Assembly (NCBI RefSeq): GCF_009914755.1
Contig: NC_060927.1
Strand: one strand, 5' to 3'
Length of the DNA stretch: 64,000 bases
From: the human T2T-CHM13v2.0 reference genome, Homo sapiens
The number at the start of each line of letters is the position of its first letter. Position 1 is the stretch's first letter. Below, piece by piece: positions 52,811 to 64,000 of the stretch. Made by a program: the position numbers and the translations under genes. A model generated the notes under the pieces. That model worked only from the letters and a program-made list of their open reading frames with translations. It ran no database searches and was not told the DNA's origin.

Positions 52811-55800
52811 TAGAACAAAGCCAGTTTCTGTAAAAATATAAAATGATCCATCTTCACTGCATTTACTTCATCCATCCTTGTTTGTACCCATTAGATGCCT
52901 CTGAGTTACAATATGAGTCACTGCAGACATTACTGATGAAGAAAAATTTAAACTGGTAACACTCATCTTTGCTACATCAAGCCATGGGTTTATAAAAGCA
53001 GTTTAGAACTTGTGAGCTGTCATAGCAGTGACACTCACTTAACACCTTTTGCAGACAGCAATTGCTGATAAGTGTTCTTTCAATGAAGTACTTAAATAAC
53101 TGGTATGACTAGGGATGTCAGTCACAGATCAGTCAAGTGGGAAATTTTAGGAAATCAATTTTGCCAGCAGCTGTGGAATTCCGGAATTTTTATCTTTTAA
53201 TATATAAGTCACGTTTAGGAAATTCCAAACCAACTGTTTTTGACAGATCACTTACGGGGGCAGGGTGGGAAGGGGCAGAGCTAACAGGTAGAGGTGGTGT
53301 TCTTTCTGCGTAAACAGGCTTTGGAGCAAGTCGTACTAGGGGAAAACAGCAACTATCATTTACTAGCCTCTTGGCAACAAGCCTTCTTTAAGTCTCAATG
53401 TTCTTCTGTGTAAGGTGGCAATAATGCAGTCGTGAGAATTAAAAGTGTCTAAAGCATCTACTACAGGGCCCTGTGTGGAACTCGGGTGATGAACAGTATG
53501 CGTGGTAGCTCGAAATGATATTTGAAAATGTGCCTTCAGGCCTATTCTGTGAAGTTTCCAACATCCAGGTTCAGAATGTAAGCCATCAGTATCACAGCCT
53601 CAACAAACACTCGTAACCCCACAGCTCATTAAATGTCTTGCCCAGGGTCATAGACTCAGTTAACAATTCACTTGAGCACAGGTCTGCTGCATTCAAGGTA
53701 ATTTCGAAAGCAAATGTATTTAACAACGTACACTACTCCTCCATCCCCCACCCGTTCCTCATGAACAACTCATAAATATCACTTGGCACTCACAGAATAA
53801 GTAGAACTCTATCTGACAGTATCTGATGGATTCAGTTATGATTAGTCAGAGTCCCTGCTTTAAGGGAAATTATGATTCCTTTGTTGTCTTCACTAAGATA
53901 CTAAGGTAAAAACTGTAACTGAATTTGATGAGATCTGACATTGTATCTCCTGAAGAACTTAACCTCTGTAAGATTCTTGGAACATAGTTGTGAAGGTTAA
54001 ATGAAATTAGATCTGTGAAGCACTTAGCACAGTGCCAAGCACATAGTGATTAACGACAACCACAATGGTATGATAACAAGTAGTTCCTATAAGGACAGCT
54101 CAAAGCATCTCCAGAAATATCAATCCTAGAAGCTGCTATAAAGGATTACGGTTTCTTTCAAACTAGATAGCTTTTCAAATGTTAAAATGATAGAAGGGAA
54201 AAATAGAAAACAGTTGCTATAAGGTAATTCTGTGACCTTCTTTTATTGTCAGTGGCTGATTGGGAATGCTGGGTTCTACCACCGGCAATGCTGCTGCTTT
54301 GCGGGGAGAATGTGAACAAATTAATTAATGTCATTGAGAGTCCGTTTCCTTTTGTAAAATGAGGCTGTTGGAATAGAAATGTTCAGATTGCTTTCAGCTC
54401 TGCTGTCCTATGAACCTTGAACATGGAATCTATTCTAGCAGTGGTAGAAGGGGGATCTGTGGTAACAAAGAACAGGAGCAGAAACAGGGGTAGAAAACCT
54501 TGGAGTTGAGATTAAAAGTGAAAATACTTTAGGGGAGTAGCCAAGCAATATATTTACTCAGAGGCATGGCTTTTTAAATGTCTGCCACTGGCGGCATGAC
54601 ATATTTGCTTGAACAGAGTTCCTATAGCAAGTTGACAATAATTTGATTTTCTCTGTTGCCTGACACTCTAACTTCTTATTTCCTAGGTTACCATAGTGCT
54701 CTCTCTAGCCACTGTCACTCAGTGGGCTCTTACTGGGCAGACTTAATATGATGCCAGTTTTGCGCAATGCTGTTTACTCTCTATCCCTTCAAATTAGATG
54801 CTCTTCTATTTCTGAAAATAAAATATCAACAATGCCACCAGACAAGTCTTCAACTTAGTAAACTCTCAAAAATACAGCCCTTCTATTTCTGTCTGCTGAG
54901 GACATGAGGATTCTTTCTGATTATGGAACAATGCGTGCAAGGGTGGGCCAGGGAGAGAACGTGCTGGATGTAATGGCCTGGAATCTCAAGTTAGAGTGCA
55001 GGCAGGTTTCCTCGAGGGAGCCTCTAAAAAGAGGGAAATACAGTGTGTGAAAACAGCAGAATCTTTCACCTCAGAGCAGGTAAAATAAACCAGATACCGA
55101 AGTTCATATCTGAGAACGAGGACACAGAAAGGTTTCCTTCACCAAAAACTTACCCTTCAAATTCTACTCAAGATTTTCATTTCCATTGCAAGTCACCAAG
55201 ACAGCTATTAGATGAATGCAATCATTAGAGGGGAAATGTTGATGCCCCACTCCTACAGTTTGTATAAGGGGGAATTTTCCCTCCAAACCTCCTTGCCTCT
55301 TGCCCTATTCTTACTTGTCTCCAAGGAGAAGGAGCGACTTACCTATTTAGTGAAGTGACCTGCATAGCTCATCTTCTCCCACCTCCTGTTCCCTTGGGAG
55401 CACCATTCCCACAGAGATAGAACATCTGCTTCTGCTGAAAGGATCCTGCCCTGAGAGGAGGCTGTGTCCAACCCTGTACATCAGGATTAGGAAGCCTGCT
55501 TGTGGGTGCATAGACATCACATTCCCCACAGTTAGATGTGCAATTAAGACAAGTACTACTTGATCTCTCATCATCCCTACTCTTTTGCCCTATGTCACAT
55601 TTTGTCAAAACACAGGTGAGCACGGTGAAGCTACTGTTGCTTCTCTCCAGTCATGAAACTAATATTAATGTGTATTCTAAGGAGAAATCTGCTACAACTT
55701 CCTCAGGGATTTCATAGTGTGAGAGTTAATTTACTTCTGTTGATTCCTTCTCTTTTCATTGCCTCTCATTCCACAAAAGTCCCATGCCAACCCATGGAAT

Positions 55801-56425
55801 TGATCATCAAGTAAAGCCATCTGTATAGCCCAGTGATTAATAAAACAGAATAGTGTAAACTAAAAAATGGGTTAGCTCCATCTTTAATGTATTTCAGCTA
55901 TCAATTTAACTAGAATCATAACTGTTTGGATTTGAACACTGCTATAGTGGAAATATAGGCTGAAAATAATCCTGTATCTATCTAAACTGGCTGAATTTAA
56001 CTAGAAGGAAACTTACATATAATCTGAATCTACTCTTTCTTTTGCATCTGAAGTACAATGACAGGCATAGAACAAGGAAAAAAGTAGCCAGATTTCTCAC
56101 CCTGGCTCTGTCACTGATCTGCCGTCTATCACTGATCTGGGTTAACCTTTCTGAAACTTGAATTTTTTTCTAGAAAATGGCAACAAAAATGGCTTACAAA
56201 ATGCTAGAAAGATTAAATTAGACAATACTGGGAACAATGTTTAAATTCCATAAAATTTATATACAAATGTAAATTGCAAATATCATAGATGAAAAAACTG
56301 AAAAGAGACAGAACATGACATGTCCAAGGTCACATAGCACTGTAGTTCCTTATCAAGACAAGACCCCATTTTCTTGTCTTTAAGCTTATTCCAGAGTTCC
56401 TAAAAATGAGGTCCAGGGATTACTT

Positions 56426-56580
56426 CTACTGTATTTATTTATTTAATTTTTAAAAAATTTTTCTTAATAGAGCAAGTTCTTGCTATGTTGCCCAGGCTGG
56501 TCTTGAACTCCTGGGCTCCAGTAATCCTCTTGCCTCTGCCTCCCTAAGTGCTGGGATTACCGTTGTGAGCATGCCCAGCT
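56426..56580 (-). mobile_element. FLAM_C / Alu monomer inserted in a MER5A-like element (~56390-56705)
   Basis: Antisense left-arm monomer with a T-rich tail. TSD aggtccaggga(t/a)tactt at 56409-56425 and 56582-56598. Confidence 0.88.
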
Positions 56581-57249
56581 AAGGTCCAGGGAATACTTTT
56601 AAATAAACATATTTTTGAGCCCCACTCCAACTCTAAATAAGAATTTCTAAGGCATGACCTTGAATCTTCATTTTAACAATGAACATTACATTTGGGAAAC
56701 ACTGTATCTGGTCCAAAAGTTTTTTAGTACTTACACAATGCTGCATTCTCATCAATTATAAATGTTACTTCTCCCCTTTATGTGAAAGCATATTCAAAGA
56801 ATCAGTTCAAAGTATCTCTCTCTATTTTAAGCTACTTGGGTCACTGTAAGTTAAAAGTACATCTTCTCACAATTTAAAAATTAAAATTCCTACAGCAAAA
56901 CATGTCCATCTTGAACTTTCCATTCTCAAAATATTTTTAATATTTTATTTCATCTTTTTAAAAAGTCAGTTTGGAACTCTTAACCGCAAGGTAGCAATAG
57001 GTACAGGTAAAATAAAAAATCATTAAACTACAGCACAAAGTATAATAACAGATAAAATTCAATTATGACAAATTTCATGAAACTACCATATGGCTATATT
57101 CTAATAGAATTGTGTTATGGTGAACATAATGCCAGAAATTAGGTCCAGGTTTGTGAAACTCGGGAAGCAAAATGGTTGATTTCCAACCTCTTTGAAGTGA
57201 ATTATCCAGTGAAACAAAGTGATTTTTATATCATATAGATGCAAAGGCT

Positions 57250-57550
57250 ATATCATGTAAGCGAGCTTCTGTGGAGCTGCTGGGTCTTACTGTGGGGCTC
57301 TGTTTCTGCAGGTGCTGGCCATGCAGGGACTTGGTCTCTGAATGAGATGAAGAGCCATTAGCCTATGAGCAGAGGAGCAGCATAACAGGACTTCCGTTTT
57401 CAAGACACCTCTTTGGCTGTGATGTTAGGAATGAGGTAGAAACAGGGAGACCAGTTAGAAGGTTGTCACCATAATCAAGGTACCAGCATGGGAGGGGTGA
57501 AAAGCAATCAGCCTCCGGATATACTTTAAAGGTAAAGTTGACAGGATTTG
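57250..57550 (-). mobile_element. L2 fragment
   Basis: gagccatt...tgagcagaggag...acagggagaccagttagaaggttg...ggatatactttaaaggtaaagttgacaggatttg. Confidence 0.65.
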
Positions 57551-59339
57551 ATCCTCAAATTCAATTTAACTAAGCATGCTCCGTCCATGCAGAAATGACT
57601 GCTCTACAGACATTTTTTAATAACCCTTTTTAACAGTTTTTTATTTTCATGGAAATAATCTTAAAAATGATGGATAGAATAATGTAATATACTATGTATT
57701 ATATAATATAAAATATAGTATAACTGTATATATTAAAAATCTAGTCACATATGCAACAAAATATATAATCTACACATATTCTTAGTGCAAGCATATTATG
57801 ACTAGGTGTGTCTAGTCTCAAGTTTATTTAACTAAATAATGTTTTGCTTTGTTTTATTCTAAGCCATGATATTCTGCAAATGCCATGTATTCTGTTAATG
57901 TAGCTATGAACAAATAGCTATACAGGTATTGTATTGCCATGTCCCCCCTCTTTGGTCTATGACATTAAAATACTGTATATCCAGTTTGAACTTTTCTTCT
58001 CTAAGCCAGCTCTGCTCAGAATGCAGCAGTCTCCTATTTTTCTTCTGTAGGCTTAGCTTATCATCTTGCCCCTCCATTGTCCTCCAAATTCTTAGTCTTT
58101 AAACTGATCTTGCCCTTACACACATTTCCCTCAGAAAATTTTTGTTCCACCTTACACATTGCTGACAAATTTTCTTCATCTTCCCTCCTTTTCTTCCTTG
58201 AGTTAGTCTCCTATTGGTGGACCAATCAGAGTAGGCCGTTTCCCTTCCCCCAGGAGGTTTATAGAACCATCTCTGCAAACTAACTAGAGATTCTGCGATT
58301 GAAGCCAAGATATCAGTTGAAGCTATAAATAAAAAGTAGCAGTCTAAGGTGAAGTAGTCTTTTTTTCTCTAAGTTATTTAGCACAACGCCATCATTTCAT
58401 CTCTTCTACACATTTTATTATTACATTGCATTTTAATATTCAGTATGACACCCCATATGAAATGCTGAAACCCCCTGTCGACACTTTATTGTGTATTCCA
58501 TTTTTTTCTGCATGGAATCTGAATATTATTTTATAAAATGTTTCTCTTAGATGAAATTAGAGAGTAAACCAGTGTTATTTAGGAATTCACAATTGCATAT
58601 CGACCCCCTATTGTGGAAAGATTAAGTGTGATTTCAAACAATAGAAGGCAATCCCAGGAAGAAATCATAAAGATGGGTATGTTGATTATGATGTCACAGT
58701 TTGGCTTTGGGTTAATATACCTCAGCAAAGATCTGATAATGGCTTTATCAGAGTCGTCGTTACACTTAGATGATCCACTTTGGCTACTTGGCAATCCAAA
58801 TTTTGCTTCAGCATTGAGGATCCTCCATGTACACTTTCATTTTAGATCTCTTTTCTTGTTTCAGTGGAATAAATTTGCTTTATAGTTGTCAGTAGATTAC
58901 AATATTCTTAGTTACTACCATTTTGTGTTAATTGCACCAGTCTTGACTTCTTCGTCAATATTGTTTTATAATTACACTTATGAAAGCACAGTCTGATTAT
59001 TATGCCTACTGTTTAAGAAAATCACAGGGTATTAATAGATCTGTATATAAGTAATCATTTTCCAGCGTGGTCTAATGACTATATCATCTCATTCATAAAA
59101 ATGTGTAAATTATATTCACCATATTATCAAACACCTGGACAGAAAATAAAATATTTGTTAAATGTCTGAGCAGAAAGAAAATTGCTTGGAATGAATGTTT
59201 CCATTTTCATCCTATCCACTATTATATTAGTTGATCCTTGGGAACAAAGTTTCTGTCATTTTATCCTTCGTTCACCTTCCTCCTCTCGAGTATGAGTCAC
59301 AGTTAATAATTACTATTATAAACAGAATTTTGTTGAGGA

Positions 59340-59560
59340 TAACAAACACTTATGTAGTATTTACTGTGGATCTAATACTGTTCTAAGAGCATTATGCATA
59401 ATAACATATACACATCAATCTTCACACCAACACTATGAGGTAAGTGCTATTACTAACCCCATTTACAGATGAGATAACTTGACTCATGTCATAACACTAG
59501 TAAGTGGTAGAGCTGTAAACTAAACACAGGGAAATCTTACTTGCCGCTCTTAACCCTATG
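59340..59560 (-). mobile_element. MIR
   Basis: aacacttatgtagtatttactgtg...cactatgaggtaagtgctattactaacccc atttacagatgag...tagtaagtggtagagctg. Confidence 0.75.
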
Positions 59561-61899
59561 CAACATCAACCCCACCCCACCATCCCATCCCTACCTAGGA
59601 GGAAGTGTGGCTTCAGTAGCAGTGATTTAGTCACGTTTTTAGGGGTGACATTTTCAAAAGAGATAAATATTATTAAGCACACGGGTGTAGACATTTATCT
59701 TTCTGTTTAAAGTGGGTACTTTTGGCTAAGGTCAGAATTCCTGGCCCCTTGGCCTTATAATATTGTGTTTCAGCTAGTACCCCAGTGCAACAATAACTTC
59801 TTAGCAGTATAGACAATGACTAAATAAAAGTTCATATAATTATGCAGAAAACGTAACCCATACCCATCACTCAAATAGGATAAAGCAAAAATATTTAGAT
59901 TTGCCAAGTCAACATGAGATGGTACCCACATTTCACAGAAAGGTTCTAAACTCAACCTTGTACTGCTTCTGTAGAGTTTGTATGGGTACAGAGGCACCAT
60001 TTACATCTTTAAGATTTAGGACCAAAACAGTGCAGAAAGAAAAACTTGTCTTTATTAAAATAAATATTAGATGAAACTCATTAGGCACCACCTATATGCC
60101 AGGACTATTGTAGACCAACAAAGGCTGAACTAGAGTGCACCTGGTTAAACAAAAAAAATGCGCCCCCACCCCAGGAAGTACAGAGAGGCTAAATATTTAA
60201 CATGGGATTTTGATATTAAACATTTTATACCAGGAATTTTATATCACTACAAATGCAACAAACTCAACAGGACTCCTTAGATTTCTGGCAATTTGTGTCT
60301 GTTCCTCACCACTACCCCAACATCTTGGAGGCCCTGGAGACACAATTATAAACAACACATCCTCTGCTCTCAGGTTCAACATCTGGAGATTTTTACACAG
60401 CCCTTATGACTTGTATGCACACCTTCTCCCTCACCTGCCTTCAGCGCATCCTCTGATTGACCCAGTTCTGAATAGCTCCTTGTAATTCTCATAGGTCATT
60501 TCTGTGTCTCTTCTCTTTCATCCCAGCTTGATCCACGACTGCTTCCAGGTTGTGGGCATGGATTTGCCCAGCACCTGTGCTCCCCTGAACCCCATCTGAC
60601 CCACTTTGAGCTCCCATACTTTGCTCCTGGGCATGCTTCCTGCTGGGCAAACACCTGGCTTGCCATTTGCTTGGTTTCTCTTGCAGCCTGGCTGCTCTTC
60701 TCACCCCCACCTCACCTCCCACCTCCCTGGGCCATAAGAGTGTGCACTTAAATCAGTATTTAGTTGTGGACATCCACGAGCATTTCACACAAAAATATTC
60801 CACTTTTTAAGCCAGGAAACAAAATGAAATCAAATACATGCTTAAAGGGTAATATATTCTTACAGTCTTTATCAGTTGAAATAAGAGATAAGTTTGCTCT
60901 TTTATCTTTATTTGAAATATTCAAACTTAAAGTTTCAGGAGATCTAAATAAATAACATGCTATTCAGATCACCACAGGCAGTAGAAAAGGACACTGTGTA
61001 AAACCCAGTTTGTAAATCTCCCAATAGTCAATTAGCATACCAATGTGAGCGATGAGTAGACCTTACAGCCTTTCCCAAGCAAACACAGTAATTAAAAACA
61101 AATTACAGTACAGCCTGGATGTGGTGCTTTACAATGTACCCCACCTGCCAACCAGCAGCTAAATTCATTCCAAGAATGTCTGGCCAATTAGCTGCTCCCC
61201 CATTGGGTAACTTGGGCTTCCTGTGTGAGCACCATTTGTGAGGCTCCACATTAGATTAGGCCTTTTGTTCTCAGAAGGCAGGAGATCTTCCAGGAGACTT
61301 GAGAGTGGGTCTCTATCTGGAAAAATTCTGCCTCAGCCAGAACATATATTCTTTGTACTTCACTTCACAAGAGGCTGGAGATATTCCAATCTCAACATCA
61401 GAATGGAATCTCTAGGTTCTAACAAGGAAATAATATTATTGCATATTTTTGCTACAGGTAATTGTAATTAGAAAAAGGAAAAAATCACACACTGGGTTTT
61501 GACATTTCCATCAAAGCCTCTTGGCAAAAAAAAAAATTCAAGTAAAATGTCTACTTTTTTCTCTCAGATAAAAATAAGTCCATGAAATCAGGACAAGTGA
61601 AATGTATTGGTTTGTCTTACAATTGGTTTTGTACATGTGTGTAGAAATAAAGAAGAATAGAATTAAAAAGGAAAATCCAGTGCTTGAATTTTACAGCTGA
61701 AAAAATTGAGACCCAAGGTTGAGAGAGGGAGAAGCAGAAGCAAAGCCTCACAGTTCTTTCCATTACACTATACTGTGAGTGAATTTATGTTTATGCAAAT
61801 ACTTATAATATGTATAGATTTCATGTATATAAACACAGGTGTCCAAATAGTTTTCCACATGAGTTTTTAGGTGAGATCATCATCTTCTGTAAACAGAGT

Positions 61900-62974
61900 T
61901 GTTCCTGGAAGGCAGGGACCCCAAACGGAGGGACCGGCTGAAGCCATGGCAGAAGAACGTGGATTGTGAAGATTTCATGGACATTTGTTAGTTCCCCAAA
62001 TTAACACTTTTATAATTTCTTATGCCTGTCTTTACTGCAATCTCTAAACATAAACTGTAAAGATTTCATGGACACTTATCACTTCCCCAGTCAATACCCT
62101 TGTGATTTCCTATGCCTGTCTTTACTTTAGTCTCTTAATCCTGTCAGCTGAGGAGGATGTATGTCGCCTCAGGACCATGTGATAATTGGGTTAACTGCAC
62201 AAATTGTACAGCATGTGTGTTTGAGCAATATGAAATCTGGGCACCTTGAAAAAAGAACAGGATAACAGCAATTGTTCAGGGAATAAGAGAGATAACCTTA
62301 AACTCTGACTGCTGGTGAGCCAGACGGAACAGAGCCATATTTCTCTTCTTTCAAAAGCAAATGGGAGAAATATCGCTGAATTCTTTTTCTCAGCAAGGAA
62401 CATCCCTGGGAAAGAGAATACACGCCTGGAGGTATAGGCCTATAAACAGCGCCCCCCCTCCGGGTGTGCCTGTCTCTTATGGTGGAGACTGCAGGGGTGA
62501 AAGAGACCCCAGTCTCCCATAGCGCTCCCAGGCTTATTAGGAAGAGGAAATTCCCGCCTAATAATTTTGGTCAGACCGGTTGCTCTCAAAACCCTGTCTC
62601 CTGATAAGATGTTATCAATAACGATGGTGCCTGAAACTTCATTAGCAATTTTAATTTCGCCCCGGTCCTGTGGTCCTGTGATCTCACCCTGCCTCCACTT
62701 GCCTTGTGATATTCTATTACCTTGTAAAGTACTTGATGTCTGTGACCCATACCTATTTGCACACTCCCTCCCCTTTTGAAAATTCCTAATAAAAACTTGC
62801 TGGTTTTTGAGGCTTGTGGGGCATCGCGGAACCTACCGACATGTGATGTCTCCCCCAGATGCCCAGCTTTAAAATTTCTCTCATTTGTACTCTGTCCCTT
62901 TATTTCTCAAGCTGGCCGATGCTTAAGGAAAATAGAAAAGAACCTACGTGAATATCAGGGCAGATTCCCTGATA
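61900..62974 (+). mobile_element. MER11A-like LTR (HERV-K11/HML-8), complete
   Basis: Starts tgtt..ggaag.cagggaccccaaacggagggaccggctgaagccatggcagaagaac. U3 tandem repeats, AATAAA at ~62788. Ends aacctacgtgaatatcagggcagattccctgata. Confidence 0.92.
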
Positions 62975-62985
62975 TCTGGCCCCCA

Positions 62986-63140
62986 TTTATGTTTAGAGAT
63001 CGCAGTAAAGAGAGGCATAAGAAATTATAAAAGTATTAATTTGGGGAACTAATAAATGTCCATGAAATCTTCACAATCCATGTTCTTCTGCCATGGCTTC
63101 AGCCGGTCCCTCCGTTTGGGGTCTCTGACTTCCTGCAACA
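62986..63140 (-). repeat. Inverted copy of the first 155 bp of the MER11 LTR (terminal inverted repeat)
   Basis: Reverse complement of 61900-62054, with 9 substitutions by manual comparison. Followed directly by CAGAGT, which also precedes the LTR. Confidence 0.95.
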
Positions 63141-64000
63141 CAGAGTCCAATAGCAAAGGATGTTGTTGATGGGAGCATTCTTATTTTAGGCCACAAGGTA
63201 AATGAGACCCCAATTATGTGGCTGTAGAATTTTTTTCTCTGTAAATTTGAAACATTTCATCACCCATTCAATAAGCATTTATTTAACAATGTCCATGTAC
63301 TAATCACATAGATAGTGAATCTCATGGCAAGAATAATAAGTAGACCTCAACTCTTGAGACAAAATCAATTATCACCAACTCATTTCTAGTGCTTGTGTTA
63401 AGGAGGATTCTGAGGAGCTATTTGAACTCAGAATAAAAAAAATGATTATGTATGATTTTCACTGACCATATTGAGTATAGGAATGGTAACACTGTGTTAG
63501 TTACATGGCATTTCTATGTAGTAGACTGTTCTTCTAGCTCCAATATTCCCTACAGAGTCTGTCTTCTCTGTTTCTGTTTAAATGTTTGCCTGAAGTTGTA
63601 CAAAAGGAGAGACTGTTTCTGTGTAATTGCTTCTCCTTTTTTTCCAACACAGAGAGAAGAAACGGAAGAATCATCCATGGAGTTAAGGTGAAAGCAGCAC
63701 AAATAGAGGAAAGTTTTAAAAAAATTGTTCACTAGGGAGGTATTTCCTGAATAGAACTTCCTAACTGCAGCTACAGACCATGTTAAAAGTGATTGATTTG
63801 CCTTAGCTACTGGCACAAAATATGGAGAGCATTTCAAAAAGGTTCTTTATAGTAAAACTTTGTTTTTCCTCTATGACTTATAATAGTGATTTATTGAGAA
63901 AATTCACCGTTTTCCAATGATAGATGCAGTCCAATCTTCCAGTTTATAACATTTTCTGAGTAACTTTATCAAATCAAGGAGTCTTTCTTCATCAAAATGA

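Noticed and set aside
58579-58885. Overlapping ORFs with a few CpGs, as a possible host exon or pseudogene
   Set aside because: I recognise no protein similarity and see no convincing splice sites. It cannot be supported without a search.

Overview
This is primate, very probably human, AT-rich and CpG-poor non-coding DNA, roughly two-thirds transposon-derived. I found no host protein-coding exon, RNA gene or CRISPR array. The main contents are: (i) a full-length, ~9.9 kb, decayed class I ERV provirus on the minus strand (4369-14282). It has LTR9/LTR9B-like LTRs, a HUERS-P3b/HERV-W/ERV9-like gag-pro-pol-env, a tRNA-Gly PBS, SOX-OCT motifs in both LTRs, a CTCF motif in the leader, and a cryptic 2-TM small ORF between pol and env. 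(ii) A 3'-truncated L1M1/L1MA inserted in Tigger1. (iii) A full-length L1PB1 inside a MIR. (iv) A full-length THE1A element. (v) Many solo LTRs, Alus, and L1/L2/MIR fragments. The most unusual object is at 61900-63140: a MER11 (HML-8) LTR followed by a PBS stub and an inverted 155-bp copy of its own U3 end, all bracketed by a perfect 6-bp direct repeat (CAGAGT). It looks like a retroviral element integrated with two U3 ends, which gives it MITE-like terminal inverted repeats. Repeat subfamily names come from my memory of consensus sequences, not from a database search.
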